Made by a program: the position numbers and the translations under genes. From Pyrinomonadaceae bacterium (lineage in GTDB: Bacteria > Acidobacteriota > Blastocatellia > Pyrinomonadales > Pyrinomonadaceae), in assembly GCA_046313635.1 (NCBI GenBank), contig JBKBYA010000003.1, positions 192,001-256,000 of the forward strand: 64,000 nt of DNA, given 5' to 3'. Positions 18,557-28,883 of the stretch are shown piece by piece; the stretch's first letter is position 1; each line of letters begins with the position of its first letter. The notes under the pieces were generated by a model that saw nothing but the letters and a program-made list of their open reading frames with translations, was not told the origin of the DNA and ran no database searches.

Positions 18557-19699
18557 ATGATCCTTCGTGTGCTCTCATCGGGCGGAAAGCGCCAAAAGCT
18601 TTTCCGTTGGGTCGCCGCGCTTGCTCTGGTCACGACGGTCGTTTTCGGTGTATTTGCCCGCAACGGCTGGCTGCCTTCGACGGACCCCGTGAGCGGCAAA
18701 AAGACGGGTTGGTTCGGCAAGCAGCTGCCGAAGAACGCATCCAGCAGCTGGAACCCGTTCGCTCCACCGCTTCCGACACCGACGCCGCAGCTCTCCAAGG
18801 AGTACATCTATGCCGGCTCGCGTCTGCTGGCGGTCGAGGATGCAAGCGCCAACGCGGCACCGCCGGCCGATCTGGCCGTGTGGCGGCCCAGCACCGGCGT
18901 CTGGTGGGTTTTGAACAGCAACAACCCGTCTACGCCATACACTGTGGCGACGTGGGGCGCCGCTAGCGACGAGCCCGTACCGGGCGATTACGACGGGGAC
19001 GGGAAGACCGACTTCTCGATCTACCGCAGATCGACCGGCGAATGGTGGGTCGTGTACTCATCCAGCGGCACTTCAGCGGCGATCACTTTCGGCGGCGGGT
19101 CAGCAGACCAGACCGCACAGGCAGACTTCGATGGCGACGGAAAAACAGACACGGCCGTGTTCCGGCCGAACGATCCGTCGAGCGGGCTCGCCACGTGGTA
19201 CATCCGCCGCAGTTCGGATGCCAGTTTCTACGCCGTTCAGTTCGGTGAGTCTAGCGACACGCCCGCGGCAGCAGACTACGACGGGGACGGGCGGGCCGAC
19301 GTCGGGGTCTGGCGCGATGCCACCACGACGTTCTATTCGATCGACAGCGCCACCGGAACGCTCCGCACCGCCGTCTTCGGGTCGAGCGGGTCAATACCCG
19401 TAAGCGCAGATTACGACGGTGACGGCAAAGCAAACTTCGCACTTAAGAACGCCAACAACTGGACGATCCTCAACGCGGCCGGCACCGCCACGAGTAATAC
19501 CGCGTGGCAGTCCGCGGGCGACATCCCCGCCCAAAACGACTACGACGCCGACGGCAAGTGCGACATCGCCGTGTGGCGCGAGTCCACCGGCGTCTGGTAC
19601 ATCCGCCAGAGTTCGCGCCTCGGCCAATCAAACGAACTCCGCCAGCAGGAATGGGGAGCCCCCGGCGATATCCCGGTCCCCGCGCTTTACCGCAGGTAA
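18557..19699 (+). CDS. FG-GAP/VCBS repeat protein with N-terminal membrane segment
   Basis: Repeated D(Y/F)DGDGK(T/A)D.AV(W/F)R motifs; N-terminal hydrophobic helix; RHS-like KEYIYAGSRLLAVED segment. Confidence 0.88.
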   Translation: MILRVLSSGGKRQKLFRWVAALALVTTVVFGVFARNGWLPSTDPVSGKKTGWFGKQLPKNASSSWNPFAPPLPTPTPQLSKEYIYAGSRLLAVEDASANAAPPADLAVWRPSTGVWWVLNSNNPSTPYTVATWGAASDEPVPGDYDGDGKTDFSIYRRSTGEWWVVYSSSGTSAAITFGGGSADQTAQADFDGDGKTDTAVFRPNDPSSGLATWYIRRSSDASFYAVQFGESSDTPAAADYDGDGRADVGVWRDATTTFYSIDSATGTLRTAVFGSSGSIPVSADYDGDGKANFALKNANNWTILNAAGTATSNTAWQSAGDIPAQNDYDADGKCDIAVWRESTGVWYIRQSSRLGQSNELRQQEWGAPGDIPVPALYRR

Positions 19700-19763
19700 C
19701 GTGACTCTGGTTTCGGCTTAAACAGTTCAATATTCGACATTCGACGTTCAAAAAAGAGGCTAT

Positions 19764-22700
19764 ATGACCGGTACAATCAGGATTCGCATCGCAGAGATCG
19801 CACTCGGAATACTGTTCGTTTCTATTTCATCGACCACAGGTCTGTCGCAGGGCGAGGTAAAGAACACAAGCGGCTCCGCGGATAAAAGTCTGAAATCTGC
19901 TGCGCGTGTGAACCCCGCGACATTGGCGATGGAATTCTCAGTGCCGCTGGCCTCTTATCCGGGTCGAGCGGGCAATTCGGTACCGCTTGCGCTCAACTAT
20001 TCTTCAAAAGTTTGGCAGATCCAGCCTTTCGGCAACTGGTCAATGCCGCAGTACCCCGGAAGCGCCAACCGCATCTACTACACCGACGCGCGTGCGAAAT
20101 TCGGCGAAAGAAGCTCCGCCGGATGGACGAGTAGCTTTGTCCCCCCGAGATTGGAGATCAAGGAGGAGTACTTTGATGAGGAAGGGAAGCCATGGAGTTT
20201 TGTTGATGCCTTACTTTTTCACTCTGCAATCTACCAAGACCTGATGAATCCAACTAGTCTCATGTTGCCGACTGGTTGCCGAGAAATAGGAAGGGAGACA
20301 CAGTGCGGGTCGACGCCTCCTCCTTCCAACGTTTATTTCTGTTGGATAAACATTTACATCGACTGCGGCCGGTCAGGGCCTACAACGTTCGACCAGCCCG
20401 ACCCCCCCTCAGGCGGCGGCGGTGGATTACCTCAACCCCATGAGATCGGGTATGTGAAAAGAGCCCGAGTATACATGCCCGACGGTTCGTCGCACGAGTT
20501 TAGGCAGGACGACGCCGTGCATCCGTACTGCACCACGGCGCCTAACAGTTCGCTCTGCAACGGTACCCCGAACACGTACGAGAAAGCGGGCACGTACTTC
20601 TCCGTCGACGGCTCAAGGATGAAACTGGGCGTCGGCGAATCCGGCCAGCCGTCTTTCCTCTACCTACCGGACGGGAGCAGATACATTTTCGGGATCGAAG
20701 GCAATTGGGGGCGCGACCAGTACGCGACCGAGTTCATCGACGTCAACGGAAACCGAACTCTCTACACCCAGTCTGTGGTGCAGGACCCGACCGTTGAAGA
20801 GGGCAAATTGCAGGGCGCGGTCGTCGATAATTTGGAAAGGCCGGGCCTGATCGATCCTTTGGCACAGAACAAAGACGTCAGACTGAAGGTGGGCGAACAA
20901 ACCTACCACGCACCGGGCTTCGACGGCACTACACAGGATTACACGCTCAAATGGGCGAAACTTGAAGATGTCCGGGACGACCCAGCTAGTCAGCCCCTCA
21001 GCTACCGTGGCTCGCACGTTTGTTTCATTGGGGGACAGAACACCATGAAAACGCACCATGACGGACCTCAGTACGACGACCCGAATGTCCCGGATGATGA
21101 CGACGGCCCCATTCTTTTTTACGGCGGATCTGGTACTAGGGTGTGCTCGTCAGCCGGAGGGAGTCCGGATAGGATCTTCAATCCTGTGCTCTTGGCGGAA
21201 ATTGTACTGCCAAACGGAAAAAGCTACCGATTCAGGTACAACCAGTTCGGCGAGATCACGACGATAACGCATCCGACTGGGGCTTACGAGCAGTTCGAAT
21301 ACGGGAAACTCGCGCCGATCGGCAATGAGCCGTCGCCACATTACGACCAGGCCAACCGGGGTGTGAAAAGACATCGAGTCTATCAGGCTGACGGCACTCT
21401 GGAGACCGACCGTGTGTACGAGGAATCGGTGAACAATGGGCAATATCCCGTTCCGCCGAACGCGCCCTACAAGATAACGACGACCAACCGCGACGGCTCG
21501 AAAATAGTTGCGTTTTTGCATCGCACCGATAACGAAGCGTTCGGCTTTTCCGATCCTCGGAGCGGGATGGCCTACGATGAGCAAGTCTTCGACACGAACG
21601 GGGTACTGCGGGCGCGGACACTCACAGATTGGAGGTCCTCAGGGCCGCTGAGTGGCGGCGCCGCCGAAGCCAGCCGAGACGCGCGACCTCAACGCCGAAT
21701 CTCGATCATTATCGATGGTGGCCAAGCAATCGCCCAAATGTCGGAAACCGAGTTTGAAGATCCGTCCACGCCCGGGAGCGGCGCGCCAACGGATCCGTCC
21801 TATTTCGCTCATTTGAACGCCATTCGCACGAAAGCATACGACTATCGAGTAATTGACCTGAGTCTCGCCCAGACCGGCGGCTTTGATCAGATCTCAACGT
21901 ATTTTGCCGGTGCGACGCCGGTCTCAATCAATGAAACCGAGCACCTATACGGGGCGGTAGGCGAGGCCTACAGAAATCGCGGAATTCTTGGGCTTGTCCG
22001 GTCAACGAGCGTTCTCGATCCCGGAACCGGTCAGCCGATTGCGAAGACCGAATATAGATACGATGAGCAGGGGCAATATTTCTCGATGGTGAACGTCGGG
22101 TCAACCGTCGGGTATCAGGCGCCGACCGGTACAAACTCTGAATTAAGAGGAAATGTAACGACGCTGCGGATTTGGAATAAAGATACCGATAATTGGGTCG
22201 AGACTCATACCCAATACGACAATTTCGGAAATGCTAGAAAGGCTTGGGACGCGAGCGGTGATCAAAGCAAATTTGTCGAGACCGAGTTCGGGGCATCGTA
22301 TATGTATGCTTACCCAACCAAGGTCATAACGCCAGCTCCAGACCCGACCGGTACGCACGGCACCAATCAGGGATCGTTCACAACGAGCACGTACGACTTT
22401 ATGACCGGTTTGCCCCGGAGCGTCACTGACGAATTCGGGCAGACGACCGCGACCGAGTACAACGATCCGCTGTTGAGGCCGACTCGCGTTTATGGCGTGG
22501 GGAGTTACGTGATACCCGTCACCGAGACGATCTACGACGACACAGCCCGTACCGTTAAGGTCCGCAAGCAGATCGACGCGGCGAACTGGGACGAAGCGAC
22601 GACGTTTTATGACAGCCTCGGCCGGACGATCAAGACGCAGTCAAAGGATTCGCAAGGCGATGTCATTGTCGAGACCAAGTACGACTTTCTCGGCCGCGCC

Positions 22701-25700
22701 CACATGGTTTCGAATCCCTACCGGCAGGGAGACAGCGCGGTTCTCTGGAGCCTCACGGAATACGACGAGCTCGGCCGCGTCAAGCAAACACGCGAGCCGG
22801 TGGCGAATCAAAACCCCTCGACTCCCACGGGCAACATTCTGGGCACGACCGCGTACGACATTTCAACGGCGCCCGGTTTTATCGGGACGGTGGTGACGAC
22901 GGCCGACGCGGCCGGCAAGAAGGGAAGGTCGATCACCAATGCGCTCGGGCAACTGATCCGTGTCGACGAGCCCGACCACACGGGCGGTCTTGCGCCTTTG
23001 CCGCAATCTACGCCGCAGCCGACTCCCACACCGAGCGGGACGCCGCCGATCGATCCGCCTCCCGGCTGCTCGGCCGAGTGCCTCACCAATACCGAGTATC
23101 CTTCGTACTCGACAGTCTATCGCTACGACGCGCTGGGCAAGATGGTCGAGGTGATTCAGGGCGTGCAGCATCGCTTTTTCAAGTACGACTCGCTTGGTCG
23201 GCTGATCCGCGTCCGACAGCCGGAGCAGGAGGTTAACTCGAGTTTGAATCTCGCCGACGCGGCGACCGGCAATTCCGAGTGGACGGCCGGGTTTGCATAC
23301 GACGTACTGGGCAATGTGTTGCGCGCGACCGATGCGAACGGCGTCAACATCATCAATGAATACGACCGGGCCGGCCGAGTAACCAAGCGCTGCTATACAA
23401 AGCCGAACGTCGCGACCTCGGCGACGACGTGCGCCCAGATCCCGACAGGTGACCAGAGTGTCGACACGCCGGCGGTCAATTTCTGGTACGACGGCAAGGG
23501 ACTTGCCCAGCAGCAGTCGCCCAACTTCGCCAAAGGTAAGCTGACCAAGGTCGACAACACGATCTCGGCGACCGAGTACCTGACGTTCGACAACTTTGGC
23601 CGCGTGACGCGGAGTCGGCAGATCACCGACGGCATAGTCTACGGGACCGACCAGAATCCGATCACCTACACCTACAATTTGTCCGGGGCGTTGATCGAAG
23701 AAACTTACCCCTCCGGCCGCAAGGTGAAGAGCGAATTCGAGAGTGACGGCGATCTCGCAAAAGTCGAGAGTCAGAGGAATGCGTCTGATGTGTTGCGGCC
23801 CTATGTCTCTAACTTCTCCTACACCGCATCCGGCGGCATCAGTCAGATGCGGCTCGGCAACGGGCGGTGGGAGACGGCGAAGTTTAATACGAGACTGCAG
23901 GTCACCGAATTGGGCCTCGGTGCGTCTGCATCTGACGCTGGGCTGTGGAAGGTCAATTACGAATATGGCGAGCTAGATGCGAGCGGTAATGTAGTTGCGT
24001 CAAAGAACGCCGGCAATATCGCCCGGCAGACGCTCACGGTTCCCGGGGCGAGCTTTGTTCAATCCTACCGCTATGACTCGCTCTATCGACTCACCGAGGC
24101 GGTCGAGAAAACGGGGTCGACGCAGAACTGGGTTCAAAACTGGAGCTACGATCGTTACGGCAACCGCCTCTCTTTCTCGCAGAACATCACCGGGACATCG
24201 ACCAACTCAACGCCGGGGATCAGCGAGCAGACAAACCGGTTCACCGACCTGCAAACGTTCGGCTACGACAAGAACGGCAATCTTATTAGCGACAGAGATA
24301 AAGGCAATCTCCCGCGCCAGTTCTCATTCAACGGCGATAATAAACAATCGAAAGTCATCCGCGCCGGCAAGCTGGTCGCCGAGTACTTCTATGACGGCGA
24401 GGGCAAGCGGATCAAGAAGAAGGTATACAACCCTGACAACCCGGCTGTGGTGGACGAAGAGATCGTCTTCGTCTATTCATCAGGCAAGCTCATCGCCGAG
24501 TACTCGACCAAACCCGTTACAGATCCCAAGATCAACTACACGACAACAGACCACCTCGGCAGCCCAAGGATCGTTACCGACCAAAACGGCCAGGTGACCT
24601 CGAGACGCGACTTCATGCCGTTTGGTGAGGAGCTGCTGCCGAATGTCGGATCGCGAGCAAATGTCTCCGGATACACCGCGATCGACAATGTTCGTCAGAA
24701 ATTTACCGGGTATCAAAAGGACGAGGAAACACAACTAGACTTCGCCGAAGCGAGGATGTACGAGAGCCGGCACGGCCGGATGAGTGCGGTTGATCCGGTT
24801 GCGTCGTCTATGATTTGGACCAAGCCTCAAAGTTTGAATCGATACCTCTATTGCTTGAACAATCCACTTTCGTACATTGATAAGAGCGGGGGTTTTCCTA
24901 CAGAGATCCACAATCAACTCATCAAGGATGCTTTTCCGGGTTTAAATGATGCTCAAATTAGGATGATTCAGTACGGAAGTGCGTTAGTCGACACCACGTT
25001 CGGTACAGGTAACTTCGTTCAAATATGGAATGACGGAAGCAATCCTTTCATTGGCAGTCCTTGGTCAAGGATGAGCGTTGGCCCTGTGTTGTTCGACTTC
25101 CCCCGCACGCTTCTTCCGTCGGAAGCGTACAAGCACGCAATGACCCCACCTGGCAAAAGCAAAGAAGAAGCCGTTGTAATGGCTGACGACTTTATCAGTT
25201 CGAACATCAATGATGCGATCAAATTGCAGAATTCATTCGACTCGTCAGGAACCTTTATTTCGCATGCAGCGCTGGTGTCTTTTGGCAAGGCAGCTCATAC
25301 GATGATGGACGCATTTTCTCCCACGCACAGATTCTTTCAGCCCTATTCCATTCCTCGCACGAATGCAATTAGTGGATATTTCACTGCGAAGGTGGGCGAC
25401 GTCAATTATAGCGAGTCTGATTGGGTAAAATTCATTGGCGATGGGCTTGCACACAAGCGCGGGGAGAGCAGCATTACTTCTGCCGAACGCGCCGGGGCTA
25501 TTCGCTTGCTACGAATAAACCTGCTAACCGGATTAGGTAAGACAATCTTTGAACAAGCCGTGACGGATCCCAGTCAAAGACAGGCAATATATGCTGCTGT
25601 CGATTCGTCGCGCTACACAACCAGTGTGCCAAGCAGTTTCTCAATCAGCCGACCGTTCTCGGTACCAACTGGCGAGTGGATGTTCGAAAGGCCTCAGTTG

Positions 25701-25733
25701 ACGTTTCGGACAAACTTTTTCAGGGCGAACTAG
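19764..25733 (+). CDS. RHS/YD-repeat polymorphic toxin with N-terminal signal peptide
   Basis: Many YD repeats, DHLGSPR, DFMPFGE, KFTGYQKDEET.LDFAEARMY, PQSLNRYLYCLNNPLSYIDKSG core end; AT-richer C-terminal tip. Confidence 0.95.
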   Translation: MTGTIRIRIAEIALGILFVSISSTTGLSQGEVKNTSGSADKSLKSAARVNPATLAMEFSVPLASYPGRAGNSVPLALNYSSKVWQIQPFGNWSMPQYPGSANRIYYTDARAKFGERSSAGWTSSFVPPRLEIKEEYFDEEGKPWSFVDALLFHSAIYQDLMNPTSLMLPTGCREIGRETQCGSTPPPSNVYFCWINIYIDCGRSGPTTFDQPDPPSGGGGGLPQPHEIGYVKRARVYMPDGSSHEFRQDDAVHPYCTTAPNSSLCNGTPNTYEKAGTYFSVDGSRMKLGVGESGQPSFLYLPDGSRYIFGIEGNWGRDQYATEFIDVNGNRTLYTQSVVQDPTVEEGKLQGAVVDNLERPGLIDPLAQNKDVRLKVGEQTYHAPGFDGTTQDYTLKWAKLEDVRDDPASQPLSYRGSHVCFIGGQNTMKTHHDGPQYDDPNVPDDDDGPILFYGGSGTRVCSSAGGSPDRIFNPVLLAEIVLPNGKSYRFRYNQFGEITTITHPTGAYEQFEYGKLAPIGNEPSPHYDQANRGVKRHRVYQADGTLETDRVYEESVNNGQYPVPPNAPYKITTTNRDGSKIVAFLHRTDNEAFGFSDPRSGMAYDEQVFDTNGVLRARTLTDWRSSGPLSGGAAEASRDARPQRRISIIIDGGQAIAQMSETEFEDPSTPGSGAPTDPSYFAHLNAIRTKAYDYRVIDLSLAQTGGFDQISTYFAGATPVSINETEHLYGAVGEAYRNRGILGLVRSTSVLDPGTGQPIAKTEYRYDEQGQYFSMVNVGSTVGYQAPTGTNSELRGNVTTLRIWNKDTDNWVETHTQYDNFGNARKAWDASGDQSKFVETEFGASYMYAYPTKVITPAPDPTGTHGTNQGSFTTSTYDFMTGLPRSVTDEFGQTTATEYNDPLLRPTRVYGVGSYVIPVTETIYDDTARTVKVRKQIDAANWDEATTFYDSLGRTIKTQSKDSQGDVIVETKYDFLGRAHMVSNPYRQGDSAVLWSLTEYDELGRVKQTREPVANQNPSTPTGNILGTTAYDISTAPGFIGTVVTTADAAGKKGRSITNALGQLIRVDEPDHTGGLAPLPQSTPQPTPTPSGTPPIDPPPGCSAECLTNTEYPSYSTVYRYDALGKMVEVIQGVQHRFFKYDSLGRLIRVRQPEQEVNSSLNLADAATGNSEWTAGFAYDVLGNVLRATDANGVNIINEYDRAGRVTKRCYTKPNVATSATTCAQIPTGDQSVDTPAVNFWYDGKGLAQQQSPNFAKGKLTKVDNTISATEYLTFDNFGRVTRSRQITDGIVYGTDQNPITYTYNLSGALIEETYPSGRKVKSEFESDGDLAKVESQRNASDVLRPYVSNFSYTASGGISQMRLGNGRWETAKFNTRLQVTELGLGASASDAGLWKVNYEYGELDASGNVVASKNAGNIARQTLTVPGASFVQSYRYDSLYRLTEAVEKTGSTQNWVQNWSYDRYGNRLSFSQNITGTSTNSTPGISEQTNRFTDLQTFGYDKNGNLISDRDKGNLPRQFSFNGDNKQSKVIRAGKLVAEYFYDGEGKRIKKKVYNPDNPAVVDEEIVFVYSSGKLIAEYSTKPVTDPKINYTTTDHLGSPRIVTDQNGQVTSRRDFMPFGEELLPNVGSRANVSGYTAIDNVRQKFTGYQKDEETQLDFAEARMYESRHGRMSAVDPVASSMIWTKPQSLNRYLYCLNNPLSYIDKSGGFPTEIHNQLIKDAFPGLNDAQIRMIQYGSALVDTTFGTGNFVQIWNDGSNPFIGSPWSRMSVGPVLFDFPRTLLPSEAYKHAMTPPGKSKEEAVVMADDFISSNINDAIKLQNSFDSSGTFISHAALVSFGKAAHTMMDAFSPTHRFFQPYSIPRTNAISGYFTAKVGDVNYSESDWVKFIGDGLAHKRGESSITSAERAGAIRLLRINLLTGLGKTIFEQAVTDPSQRQAIYAAVDSSRYTTSVPSSFSISRPFSVPTGEWMFERPQLTFRTNFFRAN

Positions 25734-25750
25734 TTGATGGTAGATTGAAG

Positions 25751-26203
25751 ATGTTGGACTCAATGAATAAACCGCATGTATCGGTTACAAGAAAGCACTT
25801 AATCGTCGCTGCGTTGTTCGCATTGACGGGACTAGCCATAGCCCCTTTACCTTCTGAGATAGTTCCCGAATGGCATGTTCAAGCCGTCGCGGAAAATGGC
25901 AAACCAATTGCAAATGTGCGGATTACCCAAGAATGGTCATACAGCAGTCTCATTGGGGTTAATTCACAAACGCTAATCAGCAATGAGGATGGCCAAGTAA
26001 TTTTCCCCGCCCGACGGGTCTGGTACCCACTACTGCTGAAATTTTCCATGCGAATAGTGGAGTATCTCAACTACCTTGTGATGCCTCACGGTTCTAGGGT
26101 GGGCCCGTATTCGCGTGTCACATCACCTGACGGAAATTACTATTGGTTAGAACATCACCCCGGAAGGCAGCAGGAGCACCGACTGATTATTAAAGCCCTG
26201 TGA
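25751..26203 (+). CDS. Putative cognate immunity protein (membrane-anchored/exported)
   Basis: Directly follows toxin tip, shares its lower GC, has hydrophobic N-terminal segment; start could be ATG 25763. Confidence 0.65.
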   Translation: MLDSMNKPHVSVTRKHLIVAALFALTGLAIAPLPSEIVPEWHVQAVAENGKPIANVRITQEWSYSSLIGVNSQTLISNEDGQVIFPARRVWYPLLLKFSMRIVEYLNYLVMPHGSRVGPYSRVTSPDGNYYWLEHHPGRQQEHRLIIKAL

Positions 26204-26475
26204 GCAAATCGTGTAAGGCTGGAAACCTTCGTTTGGTCTGTGAATAACGAAATCGTGCAACTCATGACGCGGATCTCCCAAGCGCTTTGACCGCGGCATT
26301 TGTGTCCAAAGTTGAAATACCGGTTCGCCTGGCGGTGCACCCAAACCACGGAAAGTCGAGCCTTTACCTGGCAGTCATTGTGCATTCTCGGAGGTAACGT
26401 CCAGTTGAACCTGCTCGCTACGGTGTTGTCGTAAGCAATGAATTCTAAACCGCCGGTGGGCTGCTTTGCATCCAT

Positions 26476-26647
26476 TTGCGGGCGAATCCCAAACGCGGCG
26501 GAGAGAACCTACGCCAATTCGTTCTTGTATACGCCGGATGGCAAGATCGAAAGACTGAGACTTGGAAATGGGCTGTGGGAAAGAGCGACCTTCAACACAC
26601 GGCTGCAGGTCACCTCATTGAATCTCGGCCGCGGTCTGGAGGGCGAT
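26476..26647 (+). pseudogene. Orphan RHS fragment interrupted by IS3
   Basis: RTYANSFLYTPDGKIERLRLGNGLWERATFNTRLQVTSLNLG aligns by eye to RPYVSNFSYTASGGISQMRLGNGRWETAKFNTRLQVTELGLG of the intact RHS. Confidence 0.85.
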
Positions 26648-27574
26648 TGAGCTACCCCCTATTCTTGTTACCGATCTAAACTAGAGGATTCCGGGTTTCC
26701 TGATGTTTCTGAACCACCTCATTCGGGGTCAGGCCGCACAGCGCGCTGTGCGGCCTGAATCCGTTGTAATCATCCCTGAATGCCCGGATCTTCTCGACCG
26801 CATCTTCGATCGACAGGAACCAGTTGACGTTCAGGCACTCGTCGCGAAAGCTGCCGTTGAACGACTCGATGAATGCGTTATCCGTAGGCTTTCCGGGCCT
26901 TGAGAAGTCCAGCGTGACATCGTTCGCGTAGGCCCAGTGGTCAAGCACCTTTGAGATGAACTCGCTGCCGTTATCGACCTGTATTCGTTTCGGCACAATG
27001 CCTCTCGTTCGCTTGATCCGATCCATAACATTCACCACATCGGGGCCTTTCAGGGACTGGCCGACCTCGATCTCCAGACATTCGCGGCTAAAATTATCGA
27101 CTAAAGTTAAGACCCGGAAACGGCGCCCGTCGAACAGCTGATCTGCCACGAAGTCCATGCTCCAACACTCATGCGGACCAGTAAGAACTGGCTGTTGCAT
27201 TCTATGGGCCGCCGCCTTTCGCCTTCTCGGCCTCTTCCGTCGCAGGTTCAAACCCTCTTCCTTGTATATGCGGTACGTTCGCTTGTGGTTGTCCCGCCAG
27301 CCTTCACGTCTGAGAACCGTGTGGATCCGCCAGAAACCGTATCTTACCCGCGTTTCCGCGATCTCTCTTATCCGCTGCCTCACCGCCCGGTCGTCCCTCG
27401 GCCGCTCGATATACCGGAACACTTTCCGCGAGATCGCCACCACCGAACACGCCCGGCTCTCCGAGACCCGGTATGCATCCAGCAACCACCTTACTAACTG
27501 CTTTTTCTGCTTTGCCTTCAGACACTTTTTTTTAACACGTCCTGCAGCATCTGCTTGTCCAGGCTCAGATCCGC
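26648..27574 (-). mobile_element. Truncated IS3-family element (orfB intact, orfA 5' end and one terminal repeat missing)
   Basis: DDE integrase motifs WSMDFVADQL, VDNGSEF, PGKPTDNAFIESFNGSFRDECLN; orfA tail ADLSLDKQMLQDVLKKSV*; A8G slippery site at 27525-27533; terminus TGAGCTACCCCC at 26648. Confidence 0.92.
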
Positions 27575-27658
27575 GCGGATTGTATGAGGTCACGCCTCAA
27601 CAACAGAATCCAAAGAATCCGGCTGATATTTACTTTCCATAAAACTTAAAGGCTTTGT

Positions 27659-28195
27659 ATGCGAAATTTGATAAGTTTTCTAATAGTTCTAAGTTTCTCC
27701 ATTTGCTGTTTCGCTCAATCGAATAGCAAAGCGGTGGATTCGTGTGAGAATGTTCGATTGGATTCTAAGAAACCGAGCGTTTTTATCACTTTTGAAAGGT
27801 TCTGGGAAAGAACATCCAACGAAGAAAGTAACAAGGAAATTTGGTTAAGGCTGCACAACAACACGAAATGGAATTTATTCGTAAAAGCAATTGGTCAGGA
27901 CAAAGAAAATTCCGTTTACGGATTGACGTATGAAGTGCAAAGAGTACGAAATCCAGAAGTCAACAAAAATATTGATGTCCCTGTCGGCAGACGACAAGCT
28001 CACGTGGGCAGCATTCATAGAATTGAATCTGGAAAATCCATTTTGTTCAGCGTTCCTAAACAGCATCTGACCGCTGGACTTGCTGTGTTTGTTTCTTTCA
28101 GCTATGAATGGGAGGTACTAGGTAAATTTGGCGGCGACCTTTCTATATTGCATCAAGCCCCTTTTTGGTCAACTGACTTGCCACCCGAAAAGTAA
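27659..28195 (+). CDS. Low-GC exported protein, probable orphan immunity protein
   Basis: Signal peptide MRNLISFLIVLSFSICCFAQ; AT-rich; position in RHS orphan tail. Confidence 0.65.
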   Translation: MRNLISFLIVLSFSICCFAQSNSKAVDSCENVRLDSKKPSVFITFERFWERTSNEESNKEIWLRLHNNTKWNLFVKAIGQDKENSVYGLTYEVQRVRNPEVNKNIDVPVGRRQAHVGSIHRIESGKSILFSVPKQHLTAGLAVFVSFSYEWEVLGKFGGDLSILHQAPFWSTDLPPEK

Positions 28196-28217
28196 AGCTA
28201 TTTTATCTTTCTAAAGT

Positions 28218-28249
28218 CAAAAAGGCGTGATGTTCAATCACGCCTTTTG
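28218..28249 (+). terminator. Intrinsic terminator
   Basis: AAAAGGCGTGAT-loop-ATCACGCCTTTT after stop at 28195. Confidence 0.8.
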
Positions 28250-28417
28250 CTTTTCCGCTTGCCTTTGCTGGCGAACGAACGCCGAGACGAACTCGACCAC
28301 CTCATCTTGCTGACGACGCGGCAGATTGGAGACTTCTTCAGAATCGGGGTCAGGCCTACTTTGTTGACGATTCTACTTTTCTTGCCTGGCCTTTGTTGAT
28401 ATAAGAACGGTCATATT

Positions 28418-28883
28418 ATGGCCAGAAAACCGAGGCTTGAGGTTGAGGGCGGACTTTATCACTTGATCACTCGCGGGGTCGAACGGCGGGACATTTTTCA
28501 CGCGGCGGACGACTATCGGAAATTCCTCTCGCTGCTGGCCGTTCAAAAAGAAATAACAATCGGGGTCAGTTCTGCAATTGTTGCAATTCTTGGATTGGCT
28601 CTCGTTTCGAAATACAAATGATGCGGCCGAGGTCATATGGCATGGTATCCGAGGGCCGAGGTCGAGGGCGGCCTGGGAATCCTTGATGGCTGCGTCGAGG
28701 CTCGTCGGCGCAAACAACCGCAAACTGTCCGACCTGACCAACCTTAATACCTCAAACGTCAGCCGGCGACACGACTCGGCCGTTCGTCGCACCAAAGAAG
28801 AAGACCGGTTTCGCAAACTCGTGGACAAGATCGTCACAGCCTACAGCAAGACCAAACGAGAATTGCACAAATTGCAGCACTGA
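28418..28883 (+). pseudogene. Decayed REP-associated tyrosine transposase (RAYT/Y1)
   Basis: N-terminus MARKPRLEVEGGLYHLITRGVERRDIF typical of RAYTs; HUH core missing; C-terminal HTH-like piece in another frame; GGGGTCAG/CTGACCCC flanks. Confidence 0.75.

Noticed and set aside
26155..26475. 106-aa - strand ORF between immunity gene and RHS fragment
   Set aside because: No recognisable motif; opposite to locus orientation; likely decayed sequence
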